DNA of 28,332 bases from Nitrososphaeria archaeon (GTDB lineage: Archaea > Thermoproteota > Nitrososphaeria > JACIWG01), in NCBI GenBank assembly GCA_050011875.1, contig JBEKIG010000020.1:1-28332 (forward strand). Reading direction: 5' to 3'. This document shows positions 1-8,080 of the stretch, piece after piece (the stretch's first letter is position 1; every line of letters begins with the position of its first letter). The translations under genes and the position numbers were made by a program. Under the pieces are notes generated by a model. That model saw only the letters and a list, made by a program, of their open reading frames with translations, was not told the DNA's origin and did not search any database.

Positions 1-126
1 GACTTCAAGATCAGTAACTTGCCAATTTCTCCAGTCTATTTCCAGTTCTTTGATTGTGCCTATTTTCTCGTTGGTTCCAGTATAAACATCTTTATCCAAA
101 ACTTCCTTACTTTTCACATTTATCAC
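1..126 (-). CDS. PRC-barrel domain protein, N-terminal part (runs off the window)
   Basis: Not in the ORF track. From GTG at 117 (in-frame GTG also at 126) it reads MKSKEVLDKDVYTGTNEKIGTIKELEIDWRNWQVTDLEV, the PRC-barrel pattern (lxgkdVyxxxGekIGxVkdlxiD). TTTATAA lies about 25 nt upstream of 126. Confidence 0.75.
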   Translation of the reverse strand, partial: MINVKSKEVLDKDVYTGTNEKIGTIKELEIDWRNWQVTDLEV

Positions 127-259
127 TTTATAAAATTATTTCTTACTAACTTATAAACATTTTGCTTAGTATTACTTCCCTTCTATTTTAACAACATGGG
201 GCAGTTGAGGACTTTCTCTTTAACAGTGCCGAATATTGACTTTTGCTGGCTCATGGGAG

Positions 260-451
260 CTAATCTTCTTTTTTCTTATGAGCAGCTAGTACTATTACTC
301 CACCAACTGCCAGACCAGCTAAGAATGCGACCGCTAAGGCTGCTCCCGGATGCTCTATAGTTAGAGTCTGCGCTTTGTCAACTCCTCCTTCTACATCTTC
401 TCTAAGTTTTTGTATACCGCGATTTACCTGATCAAGCGAATCCTGTGACAT
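260..451 (-). CDS. DUF883/ElaB/YqjD-like tail-anchored small protein
   Basis: Charged helical N-terminus, then EHPGAALAVAFLAGLAVG, a TM helix and a basic tail. TATA box about 24 nt upstream of the ATG (leaderless). Confidence 0.65.
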   Translation of the reverse strand: MSQDSLDQVNRGIQKLREDVEGGVDKAQTLTIEHPGAALAVAFLAGLAVGGVIVLAAHKKKED

Positions 452-507
452 ACTTTATAGATTAACAATGACTCTTATAAATCTTATGACGATATCGTAT
501 TCCACAG

Positions 508-759
508 ATGATTGAGCCGCTACTAAAAGGCGCTATTTCGGAAGTCAAAGAAGAACTAAAGAAAAAAGATGATAGGAGACTTGAAGAATTAAAAAAGAAC
601 GTTGGAGAACTAAAGAGCCAAAATAAAGAAATAATCACTTAGCAGACAGAAACAACAGAATTAAGACGTACAGTTAAAAGTCAAAAAAGCATAATCTCTC
701 GGCTGGGGCACATCTTTGGTGCTATTATTTTCGTTATTCTCTGGTATGTTTTGTATTAG
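508..759 (+). pseudogene. Coiled-coil protein with a C-terminal TM anchor, interrupted by an in-frame TAG at 640-642
   Basis: MIEPLLKGAISEVKEELKKKDDRRLEELKKNVGELKSQNKEIIT*QTETTELRRTVKSQKSIISRLGHIFGAIIFVILWYVLY*. The heptad pattern continues across the stop. Confidence 0.55.
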
Positions 760-924
760 TTTATTCTAATTTTTCTCTTTATCCGTGGTTTCAAAGTGTA
801 ATTCAACTACCAAGCTATTTCTTGGACGATCATAGCAGTTTTGTCAGTGAAGAACAAGGTCAAACCTAAAGTCCTTGAAATTAGAATAGAAAAACTTTGA
901 ATTTACTCTGAATTTTTTAAGAGG

Positions 925-1970
925 TTAATCATTTCGTACTCTAATTCTTTTTATAGTTGGTATAATGATACCACGAAAACCTTCATTTATGATAAAATTA
1001 ATATCACTCGTTGACCAAGCGGATTCTGCGACGCAACCAAGATTACAAGTTTTACAATTGTTGTATTGAGAATACATTTTCTGTATGTGTTTTGACTTCC
1101 ATACATTCGATAATCGTTGTTCCAGTAGGTTAATTTTATGGTCATTTGTGAAAAGACAAGGTGTTATCAAAAAACCTCTATGATCTATTTGCACATATTT
1201 CCAGGGATTACATGCATAGTCAAAATGACCTAATTGATTGACGTATCGTATAGAATTACTAATGGGGTATAATGATTTATGATCCAAAATAACTTGTTTG
1301 ACATAATGTATTTGCTCATGTGTTGGCATAAATTCTTTTGCCTTCGAGCCACCATTTGGATCCAATAAAAAGTTATAGTATCCATGTTAAGTTCGTCAAA
1401 AACCATGTGAATTAATTCATGGATTTCATCTGCATTTCTGTTACTTATAGTAACAACTGCACTCACTTCTGTTTGTGCCTTTAATGTGCTCAAACCATCC
1501 ATGAGTAAATGGATATTTTGTTTAATCTGCTCTAACCAATCTTTCCCTCTAATTTCAATATACATCTCTGGGTGTATGGTGTCTAGAGAAATTCCAATAA
1601 AATCGAAATTTTCAGCTATCTTTTCTATATGATCTTTATTGAATAAACTTAGATTTGTAACAACCATAGGAATAAGACCTTGCGATTTTGCATGAGACGC
1701 TAGTTCAAATAAATCTGAACGAAGAAAAGGCTCACCTCCACTAAAAGTCAAGGTAACAGCACCTATTTTTGCTAAATCATTGATAATTCTTTTCCATCCT
1801 TCAGTATTTGGTTCGTTTTCTTTTTTATTTTTCCACATATCACAATAGTTACATCGAGAATTACATAAAGAGGTGATTTTAAGATACGCATAGGTCGGTC
1901 GTTTGACAGAAGTAACTATATGATTATACGCATAATTTTCTATAAACTTCAGACCATGTGATTTTTTCAT
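925..1970 (-). pseudogene. Radical SAM protein with SPASM/twitch domain, split by a single frameshift near 1367-1371
   Basis: The N-half has CNSRCNYC and GGEP. The likely start is ATG 1970, after GAGGAAGGT. The C-half (925..1365) has C...PC and CKTCNLGC. One extra T in the T5 run joins the frames into ...ITFLLDPNGG, about 348 aa. Confidence 0.85.
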
Positions 1971-2381
1971 ATGTTTACCTTCCTCGCACTTTAGGCGTTC
2001 CCATAATATAATTAATATATATATTAAAATAATTCTATTCATATCCTTATGACGCAAAAGATTTTAGGGGGAAACATACTCTAATTTGCTTGTCTTAATC
2101 TGCTAAAATTGGCGATAAGAGCCTTCCCAGGAAGAAGAAGGATTTAAAAAAATTGGGATAACACTATCCATGATCTACCCATTGTACCCAAGAAAATCAA
2201 AGAGGTTGTGCAATACGGCTTCAAGCCTCCCTATCGCTAAAAAGGTTTTGAAAATAATCTCACTTCTTAGACTATGATCATAGCAAACTTGACAAGTACT
2301 CTGACCAGAGTTACATGAAAGAGAAGCTGGGAGAATGGTTTATCGTCTCCAGGAAAGGAACAGAAGTTTAATTTATATTTA

Positions 2382-2549
2382 TTAGACTCCTATAAGTAGT
2401 TCCACGACAAAGATGACAGCACCAATGATTAGGGCTATTTTCCCGACACTCATCAGCCCACCCACTTCCTTCACTAAGGCGGCTACAACCATGAGTAGGA
2501 TGCCCAGAACTATCAGTATTACACCGATGTCGCCATTAAATACGAACAT
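2382..2549 (-). CDS. 55-aa two-TM small membrane protein
   Basis: Below the ORF-track cutoff: MFVFNGDIGVILIVLGILLMVVAALVKEVGGLMSVGKIALIIGAVIFVVELLIGV. TTATATA lies about 24 nt upstream of the ATG. Confidence 0.75.
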   Translation of the reverse strand: MFVFNGDIGVILIVLGILLMVVAALVKEVGGLMSVGKIALIIGAVIFVVELLIGV

Positions 2550-2732
2550 AAATATGAAGATCTACAGTGAACTATATAAGGATTAGGACAGATGGTTCTG
2601 TCAACTTATAGGCTCATCTCTCTGAACTTTGTCGGTGTTAACTGTCGGCTCATATTCAATGAGCCTGTCTTGGCAATATCCTTCACTTCATTAACAAAAG
2701 GGTTTATTAACCCCAAAGTGTATTCAAAAATC

Positions 2733-2888
2733 ATGAGCAAAGAAGAAGTAAAGGGAAAAGGTAAACAGATCAAGGGAAAGATTCGTGAAGAAGTAGGCAA
2801 ATTGACAGATAACAAAACGGAACAGCTTAAAGGTAAGATTGAGAAAGCTGACTGCCCTATAGCTTTGTCAATGTTGCGCATATTCTAG
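2733..2888 (+). pseudogene. CsbD/YjbJ-like general stress protein, 3' end apparently replaced
   Basis: MSKEEVKGKGKQIKGKIREEVGKLTDNKTEQLKGKIEKA matches the CsbD pattern, then changes abruptly to DCPIALSMLRIF at about 2850. TTTATTA at 2703-2709 supports ATG 2733 rather than 2592. Confidence 0.75.
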
Positions 2889-3011
2889 ACCTCTTTTCCT
2901 TCTTGTATTTTTCTTCTGTCTTTTGCTTCTTTCACCAAACCCGCTTCCAACTGTGGATTTCCTCTGCATGTCTTTTCCCACAGTATATTCTGAATTCTTC
3001 TTCGCTGGCAT
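2868..3011 (-). CDS. 47-aa basic hydrophilic small protein
   Basis: MPAKKNSEYTVGKDMQRKSTVGSGFGERSKRQKKNTRRKRGLEYAQH. TTTTAAATA lies just under 30 nt upstream. Confidence 0.5.
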   Translation of the reverse strand: MPAKKNSEYTVGKDMQRKSTVGSGFGERSKRQKKNTRRKRGLEYAQH

Positions 3012-3119
3012 ATTAACTCTTTTTTCTATATGGATTTCATATTTAAAAAGATTCTGCTAGAGAGGCAGGTGCAAAGTTTATTAGGCAAGACGAGATTGAT
3101 TCTTATTTGAGTGATTTCG

Positions 3120-3254
3120 ATGTCTTTATTGGATAAAAATAAGAAGAAGGCTGAAGAGGAAGCGAAAGAGTTTGTTGAGGCTGCCACAAAAAAGGGGAAA
3201 AAGGGACAAAAGGAGCGGAAGAAGTATGATGATCATCAGGTTTTATACCGTTAA
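3120..3254 (+). CDS. 44-aa Lys/Glu/Ala-rich hydrophilin/LEA-like peptide (possibly degraded)
   Basis: MSLLDKNKKKAEEEAKEFVEAATKKGKKGQKERKKYDDHQVLYR. AAAGTTTATTA promoter at 3073-3083, similar to the CsbD promoter. In-frame GTG at 3111. Confidence 0.5.
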   Translation: MSLLDKNKKKAEEEAKEFVEAATKKGKKGQKERKKYDDHQVLYR

Positions 3255-3880
3255 AGGAGGCTATTTCACTAAGAGCATAAGCTATCAATGGCTTAGACAA
3301 CTAAGAAGCTATAGAAACAGCTAACGAGCCTTAATTTTTGTCCACGATTATAATGGAAGGCAAAAGTTGTTGTGACTTATCTTTTTGTTAATCTGTTCTT
3401 ATCTGAATGACTGAATGTGTAAACAAAAGGCTTATATTTTCTGTGAAGTGGATCTTAACGAAGAAGGTTTATTTTAGAAAGAAAATTTTTAGAACCTGAA
3501 ATTATTTCTAATGTCGTGAGTTTGATTTTGTGTAAATCAGCTCACTATCGATAATAATATCCCAAAAAAATATAAAAGTATTTTTAGAGTAAACTTTATA
3601 GACCGTATAAACTTTATTATATGATTTTTATTTGTAGATTATTACCGCAGGATTTATAATCCCGGACGCCACATTTTCTCTTAGAAATTTAACTATCTTA
3701 TCTATTAATATTACCAAAAACCTAGCTCGTCATACAAAGCAATTAATCACCTTTATTGCCTGTGCTGCGTATAATCAGACGATGCCTTCTGTCAGATACC
3801 CGTCCACAGTTCTCTGCACTATTTTAACCAACGCACCAATCATCCATACTATCGTTACTTCTGCCTTATTAGGCACTACA

Positions 3881-4015
3881 TTATGGAATCCTACAACTCG
3901 TGGTATAATTTCCTCCGAATTCTGTGTCGAGTTCTACGTTAAGAACCTGCCCTGAGGCGAAGGCGTCCTTACTAAACACTATCGTAAACTTTCCCTCCTT
4001 GCCCCCAGGTATAAA
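3881..4015 (-). pseudogene. C-terminal remnant of a probable surface/pilin-like beta-sandwich protein
   Basis: FIPGGKEGKFTIVFSKDAFASGQVLNVELDTEFGGNYTTSCRIP*, with no start codon. Followed by the hairpin TGCCT-TATT-AGGCA (3862-3875). The family call is tentative. Confidence 0.4.
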
Positions 4016-4165
4016 AAGTTCAAACTGATTGAGACACTCGCAGATAAAATTGCAGATAAATGTCTAGAAGATCATAAAATAAGTAAAGTTAAGGTAAGGG
4101 TCGAAAAACCTACTGCACTTAAATTTGCAGAAGGCGCTGGAGTGGAGGTTCTTAAACATGCGTAA
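4016..4165 (+). pseudogene. folB: Dihydroneopterin aldolase, C-terminal half only
   Basis: KFKLIETLADKIADKCLEDHKISKVKVRVEKPTALKFAEGAGVEVLKHA* carries the FolB motifs LIETLA, VxVxKP and GVE. The N-terminal half and start codon are missing. Confidence 0.85.
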
Positions 4166-4226
4166 AGATTTGCAGTCCAGCGAAGTATGTAATAGGCAAC
4201 TAGCGAAAATATGTATCTGATATATC

Positions 4227-4697
4227 TTAGGCCCTCTTTATCCTAGAATACACGACATATTCGAATTCTGGAAAGTCCTCCCTGCTTTCTAATTCCCATT
4301 CGCTCAAGTCGAAACTTGGAAAGAATTTATTGCCCGCGTACTCTTTCTTAATGTACGAGAGGTACATTCTATCTGCAATCCCAATTGTATGTTCGAAGAT
4401 GCTTGCTCCACCTATGATAAAGACATCAGCATCAGCATAAGATCGAGCTTTTTTCAGGGCTTCACTTATACTTTTGCATACTTCAGCTCCTTTCACAGAC
4501 TCAATCGACCTTGAGATCAAAATTGCGTGCTTTCCTGGTATATTTTTCATTGATTCAAACGTTTTCCTGCCTAGTATGACAGTCCCGCCAGCGACAAGCT
4601 TTTTGTAGCGTTGCATCTCCTTTGGAATGTGCCAAGGCAGTTTATCATCATTACCTATAACCTTGCTTCTTGTCATTGCAGCCACTAACGAGATCAA
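4227..4697 (-). CDS. folA: Dihydrofolate reductase
   Basis: ISLVAAM...VIG...LPWHIPKE, GRKTFES, FIIGGA, FFP motifs. The start is probably TTG 4697, after GGTGAT (the track gives ATG 4715). Confidence 0.95.
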   Translation of the reverse strand: MISLVAAMTRSKVIGNDDKLPWHIPKEMQRYKKLVAGGTVILGRKTFESMKNIPGKHAILISRSIESVKGAEVCKSISEALKKARSYADADVFIIGGASIFEHTIGIADRMYLSYIKKEYAGNKFFPSFDLSEWELESREDFPEFEYVVYSRIKRA

Positions 4698-4716
4698 TAT
4701 AAAATCACCAATCATC

Positions 4717-5211
4717 TTAGTTTAACTTCCGGCCATCGCCAAGGATGGATAAGTCATTCTTTGGTATTTCAGAGTATAATTGTCCAACAGCCTTTTTATA
4801 AATAGGGTGGATAATTTCTGGGTTTAAATCCATGAGGGGTCTTAGAACGAAGTCTCTTTCATGAAGTCTTGGATGTGGTATGTCAAGCTGCCCATCGTGG
4901 TAGATAAGATCATCATAGAACAGTATATCTACATCGATCTCTCTCGGCCCCCCATTGAATCTGCGTATTCTTCCTGTATCTTTCTCAACTTGCTTGACAA
5001 ATTCTAAAAGTTGTATTGGCGAAAGCTCTGTTTTGCCTTCCAACACCATATTCAAGAAGTTATCCTGCTTTTCATATCCAACAGGTTTTGTTTCGTATAC
5101 AAGCGATAGTTTTATCTCTTGAATCTTCCGTCTTAGAAGTTCAATTGCTTTTTTGAGGTTAGAGGCTCTATCACCTACATTTGAGCCCAATGCCAAATAG
5201 ATTTTCGCCAT
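4717..5211 (-). CDS. folK: 2-amino-4-hydroxy-6-hydroxymethyldihydropteridine diphosphokinase (HPPK)
   Basis: YLALGSNVGDR, YETKP, FLN, GPREIDVDIL, IPHPRLHERDFVL. Confidence 0.97.
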   Translation of the reverse strand: MAKIYLALGSNVGDRASNLKKAIELLRRKIQEIKLSLVYETKPVGYEKQDNFLNMVLEGKTELSPIQLLEFVKQVEKDTGRIRRFNGGPREIDVDILFYDDLIYHDGQLDIPHPRLHERDFVLRPLMDLNPEIIHPIYKKAVGQLYSEIPKNDLSILGDGRKLN

Positions 5212-5220
5212 AAAATAACC

Positions 5221-6105
5221 TTATTTTTTGTTTCTTAGAAGTGCATCCAGTGATACTGTAAATCTCTTCGTTTGTAATACATCATGTGTGCGTATGATGT
5301 GCGCGCCTTCCATTACTGCAATAGCCGTTTCTGCTAAAGCAGCTTCTATTCTGTCTAGCTCGGTAGGTACATAATCCAGTTTTAATTCATTCTTTAGCAA
5401 TTTACCCAAGTGGCTTTTTCTTGAAACGCTGACTACAATTGGGAGTCCTATTTTTGAGATTTTTTGAAGCTGTACTATTAGTTCTAGATTCTGCTTTAGG
5501 GTCTTACCGAAGCCAATCCCTGGATCTATTAAGATTTGGTTTTTACCTATCCCAGCCTTTTTTGCTATATCGATCTGCGATTCAAAGAAATGACATATTT
5601 CTTTCACTACATTTTTATAGTGAATGTCTTGTTGCATTATTTTTGGAGTGCCTTTTATATGGTAAATTATGATTGGACATTTAAACTTCTTGATAATCTT
5701 TGACAGCCTTCTATCAAAATTAAATCCAGATAATGAGTTTATCATGTCTGCACCAGCCAAAAGTGCTTGTTCGGCAACTTCTGCCTTGTACGTGTCCACA
5801 GAGATGAAAAAGCTATTTCTTAAGGAAAGTCTGATGTTTTTAATTACAGGGATTATTCTATTTAATTCCTCTTTAATGGTAATCGGTTTTGACCCCGGTC
5901 TTGTTGATTCTCCACCTATATCTATAATATCTGCACCTTCATCAAGCATCTGCCTTGCTCTGTCTACTGCATTATCTATATTGTTATAATAGAGACCTCC
6001 ATCTGAAAATGAATCCGGGGTAATATTCAATATCCCCATTATTCTAGTATTATTATCTAATCTAAGAATCTTATTTTGGTACTTTACTTCAAACTCTCTG
6101 CTCAT
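5221..6105 (-). CDS. folP: Dihydropteroate synthase (bacterial type)
   Basis: MGILNITPDSFSDGG, DIGGESTRPG, SVDT, DPGIGFGK, SRKS, IIRTHDV. SD GGAGGT. Confidence 0.97.
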   Translation of the reverse strand: MSREFEVKYQNKILRLDNNTRIMGILNITPDSFSDGGLYYNNIDNAVDRARQMLDEGADIIDIGGESTRPGSKPITIKEELNRIIPVIKNIRLSLRNSFFISVDTYKAEVAEQALLAGADMINSLSGFNFDRRLSKIIKKFKCPIIIYHIKGTPKIMQQDIHYKNVVKEICHFFESQIDIAKKAGIGKNQILIDPGIGFGKTLKQNLELIVQLQKISKIGLPIVVSVSRKSHLGKLLKNELKLDYVPTELDRIEAALAETAIAVMEGAHIIRTHDVLQTKRFTVSLDALLRNKK

Positions 6106-6188
6106 AACTATACCTCCATTTTAAATTAGGCGTCCAATCCTTTTATTAATGTACTAGTATATAACACCGAAAAAGGTAACATTCCACA

Positions 6189-6233
6189 GAGATACCTACA
6201 TTCCCAAAATCACGCTGGGGATATAGGTATCTC
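6189..6233. repeat. 18-bp inverted repeat / hairpin with 9-nt loop upstream of folP
   Basis: GAGATACCTACATTCCCA (6189-6206) pairs with TGGGGATATAGGTATCTC (6216-6233): 16 Watson-Crick pairs, one G-U and one mismatch. Confidence 0.8.
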
Positions 6234-6248
6234 AGAAAACGGGAGTCT

Positions 6249-6626
6249 TCAACTCGTTCTTACCTTTTCTATGCCGTCCTTTATTGCTGTTACTATCTTG
6301 CAGGCACGCTCCAAGTTTGCACTTGATATGCTCCCAACATTCGGCGCCACCTCCACCCTAATGTCCATGTCTTTCACAAAATTGAGGACTTCAGAAAACA
6401 CCTTTGTTGCGAGAGTTTTGAAAGCGGATGAAATGTCGGTGCTCTTTATTAGCTCTGTCTCAACCCCTCTGGGCATCTCAACTCCCAGCCACTTGAAAAA
6501 GTCAATGTCATAGTGCGTGCCTATGGGAGCAACACCCACAAAGAAAGATGCAGGCCTTATCCTCCTGTAGCTGCATTTTGAAACGTAATCTTCCAGTACC
6601 CGCCCCATTGTATTCGGCTCAAAGAT
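6249..6626 (-). pseudogene. C-terminal fragment of a methylenetetrahydrofolate reductase-like protein
   Basis: IFEPNTMGRVLEDYVSKC...PASFFVGVAP...IDFFKWLGVEMPRGVETEL...NVGSIS resembles the C-terminal third of atypical (mycobacterial-type) MTHFRs (DY..C...P....FlxWLGvxvP). An in-frame TAG lies just upstream. Confidence 0.55.
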
Positions 6627-6629
6627 CTA

Positions 6630-6895
6630 GACTAATAGTAAGAGTAGAGAAAGAAGAGTTTAACGGACCTTATCTTCAGATACCTTTTATTCTTCATCGA
6701 AAGCGTTTTCAACTGTTCTCATTGTTCTCCATTTTGACTATAGGCTTGTTTATATCAGGTTCGTCGGGTGCTATTGCGTCTTTAGCTGCGAGTTCAGGAT
6801 TTACATTCATTTCGCAATGGTTAGTTGGTGTAATTGGTACAGCTCTTTCAGTGATTCCTATTGCTTGGCTAAAATTAAAAACATCTACCGAGTAA
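6630..6895 (+). pseudogene. C-terminal fragment of a membrane-anchored hypothetical protein
   Basis: RLIVRVEKEEFNGPYLQIPF followed by two hydrophobic helices. The upstream part of the track ORF is simply antisense to the MTHFR-like fragment, so there is no credible start. Confidence 0.4.
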
Positions 6896-7136
6896 TTTCT
6901 TTTTTATTACTAAATTCCTTAATACAGTTCATATAAATACAATCAGATATGCCATATTTCTTCTCATATTCTCTTACCTTCCTAATGAATTGTTGATTAT
7001 CGGACTCTATTGTTATGTAGTCCAGGTATCTAATACTTATTTCTTTATCGACTCTGCAAAAGAACTTTTCACATACAAATATGAAGAAACTCGCCAAAGG
7101 GCTTAAGACTCTATACGATATTATAGGATTTATCAT
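6885..7136 (-). CDS. Hypothetical protein or fragment
   Basis: 83-aa ORF overlapping the upstream ORF. No motif recognised. Confidence 0.3.
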   Translation of the reverse strand: MINPIISYRVLSPLASFFIFVCEKFFCRVDKEISIRYLDYITIESDNQQFIRKVREYEKKYGISDCIYMNCIKEFSNKKEITR

Positions 7137-7392
7137 ATTTCTTTAGTATTCTCTTGATCTTACGGCTTCTATTCGGATCCTTTCCAGTAAGAGATTGGTA
7201 CTTCATAAGGAGGTAGCTTCTTAACTCAGAAATGTTATCTGCGATCTTAAGTGCAGGGACATAGAATTCGCTTAAAGCTTCTATTTGTCCTGCACCCCTT
7301 AGAGTATTAACCAGTGGCTCACGTGATGGAAGGTTCAGGAAAGTAATTGTAAAAGAGTCTAACACATCATTTTTCTCATCTGACAACTTCAT
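7111..7392 (-). CDS. Hypothetical protein (could be a frameshifted continuation of the HEPN ORF)
   Basis: 93-aa ORF overlapping the end of 7376..8080 by 17 nt. Confidence 0.4.
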   Translation of the reverse strand: MKLSDEKNDVLDSFTITFLNLPSREPLVNTLRGAGQIEALSEFYVPALKIADNISELRSYLLMKYQSLTGKDPNRSRKIKRILKKYDKSYNIV

Positions 7393-8080
7393 TTTCTTTC
7401 ATTCCCCAATGAGAGAGGGCTCCCCTCAAGTCAGTGACATATTTTCCTTCAAGATCTATTTCAGAATCGTTAATGATTTTTTGAACTCTGGCAGTAAATG
7501 TATCCGAGGAATAATAATATGCACCTAGAATCTCCAGGGCAATGTAATAACTTACAAACATATCTATGTGATTCGTTTCTATCAGGCCCCTATTGTACCA
7601 TTTAAAGCAGTAGTGAAAGGCGTCTGACTTATCCACGAGCCTATCCAAAGCATTGTAGATCTCATACATATAATCCAAACATTCTTTATCAAAGCTAGTA
7701 AACTCTCTTCTAGCTTCATCTATAAAATGACCCATGTCGCTAACGACTTTGTTGTTTGAATAAGGTAGTTCAGACATTTTATTTATGGAAGATATATCGT
7801 ACAACTGTTCTTCTATCTCCAAGCCCACATTTGTTGAGAGCACAAAAGAGTAAATCATTCTTTCCAGTGAGCCTTTTGCCTTTTGTATTGCTTTCTCTTC
7901 ATCTTCTGCCTCCAAGCTGATAACAGCTTTCTTACAATTGTCAAAAAGATATAGTTCAGTTTCATGTACATCTTTGCTTGGAGGAAAATGAATTGGTTTA
8001 GAGATGTTTGTACTTGTAAAAGGTTTTTCCTTAAGTTTAATATAGTAAGTAATTGAATATTTCTCTAAAACCATATGCAC
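7376..8080 (-). CDS. ApeA/MauJ-like HEPN domain protein
   Basis: Beta-rich N-terminus, then KWYNRGL...DMFVSYYIALEILG and an R-x4-H motif RGALSH (7409-7426). Confidence 0.65.
   Translation of the reverse strand: MHMVLEKYSITYYIKLKEKPFTSTNISKPIHFPPSKDVHETELYLFDNCKKAVISLEAEDEEKAIQKAKGSLERMIYSFVLSTNVGLEIEEQLYDISSINKMSELPYSNNKVVSDMGHFIDEARREFTSFDKECLDYMYEIYNALDRLVDKSDAFHYCFKWYNRGLIETNHIDMFVSYYIALEILGAYYYSSDTFTARVQKIINDSEIDLEGKYVTDLRGALSHWGMKENEVVR

Noticed and set aside
1971-2057. N-terminal hydrophobic extension of the radical SAM ORF
   Set aside because: It translates an AT-rich promoter tract. The SD before ATG 1970 marks the real start.
2606-2881. 91-aa minus-strand ORF (also 3103..3300 minus)
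   Set aside because: Antisense shadows of purine-rich CsbD-like and K/E-rich genes that have proper promoters.
6106-6248. THF riboswitch upstream of folP
   Set aside because: Only a simple hairpin is visible. The conserved THF aptamer features were not recognised.
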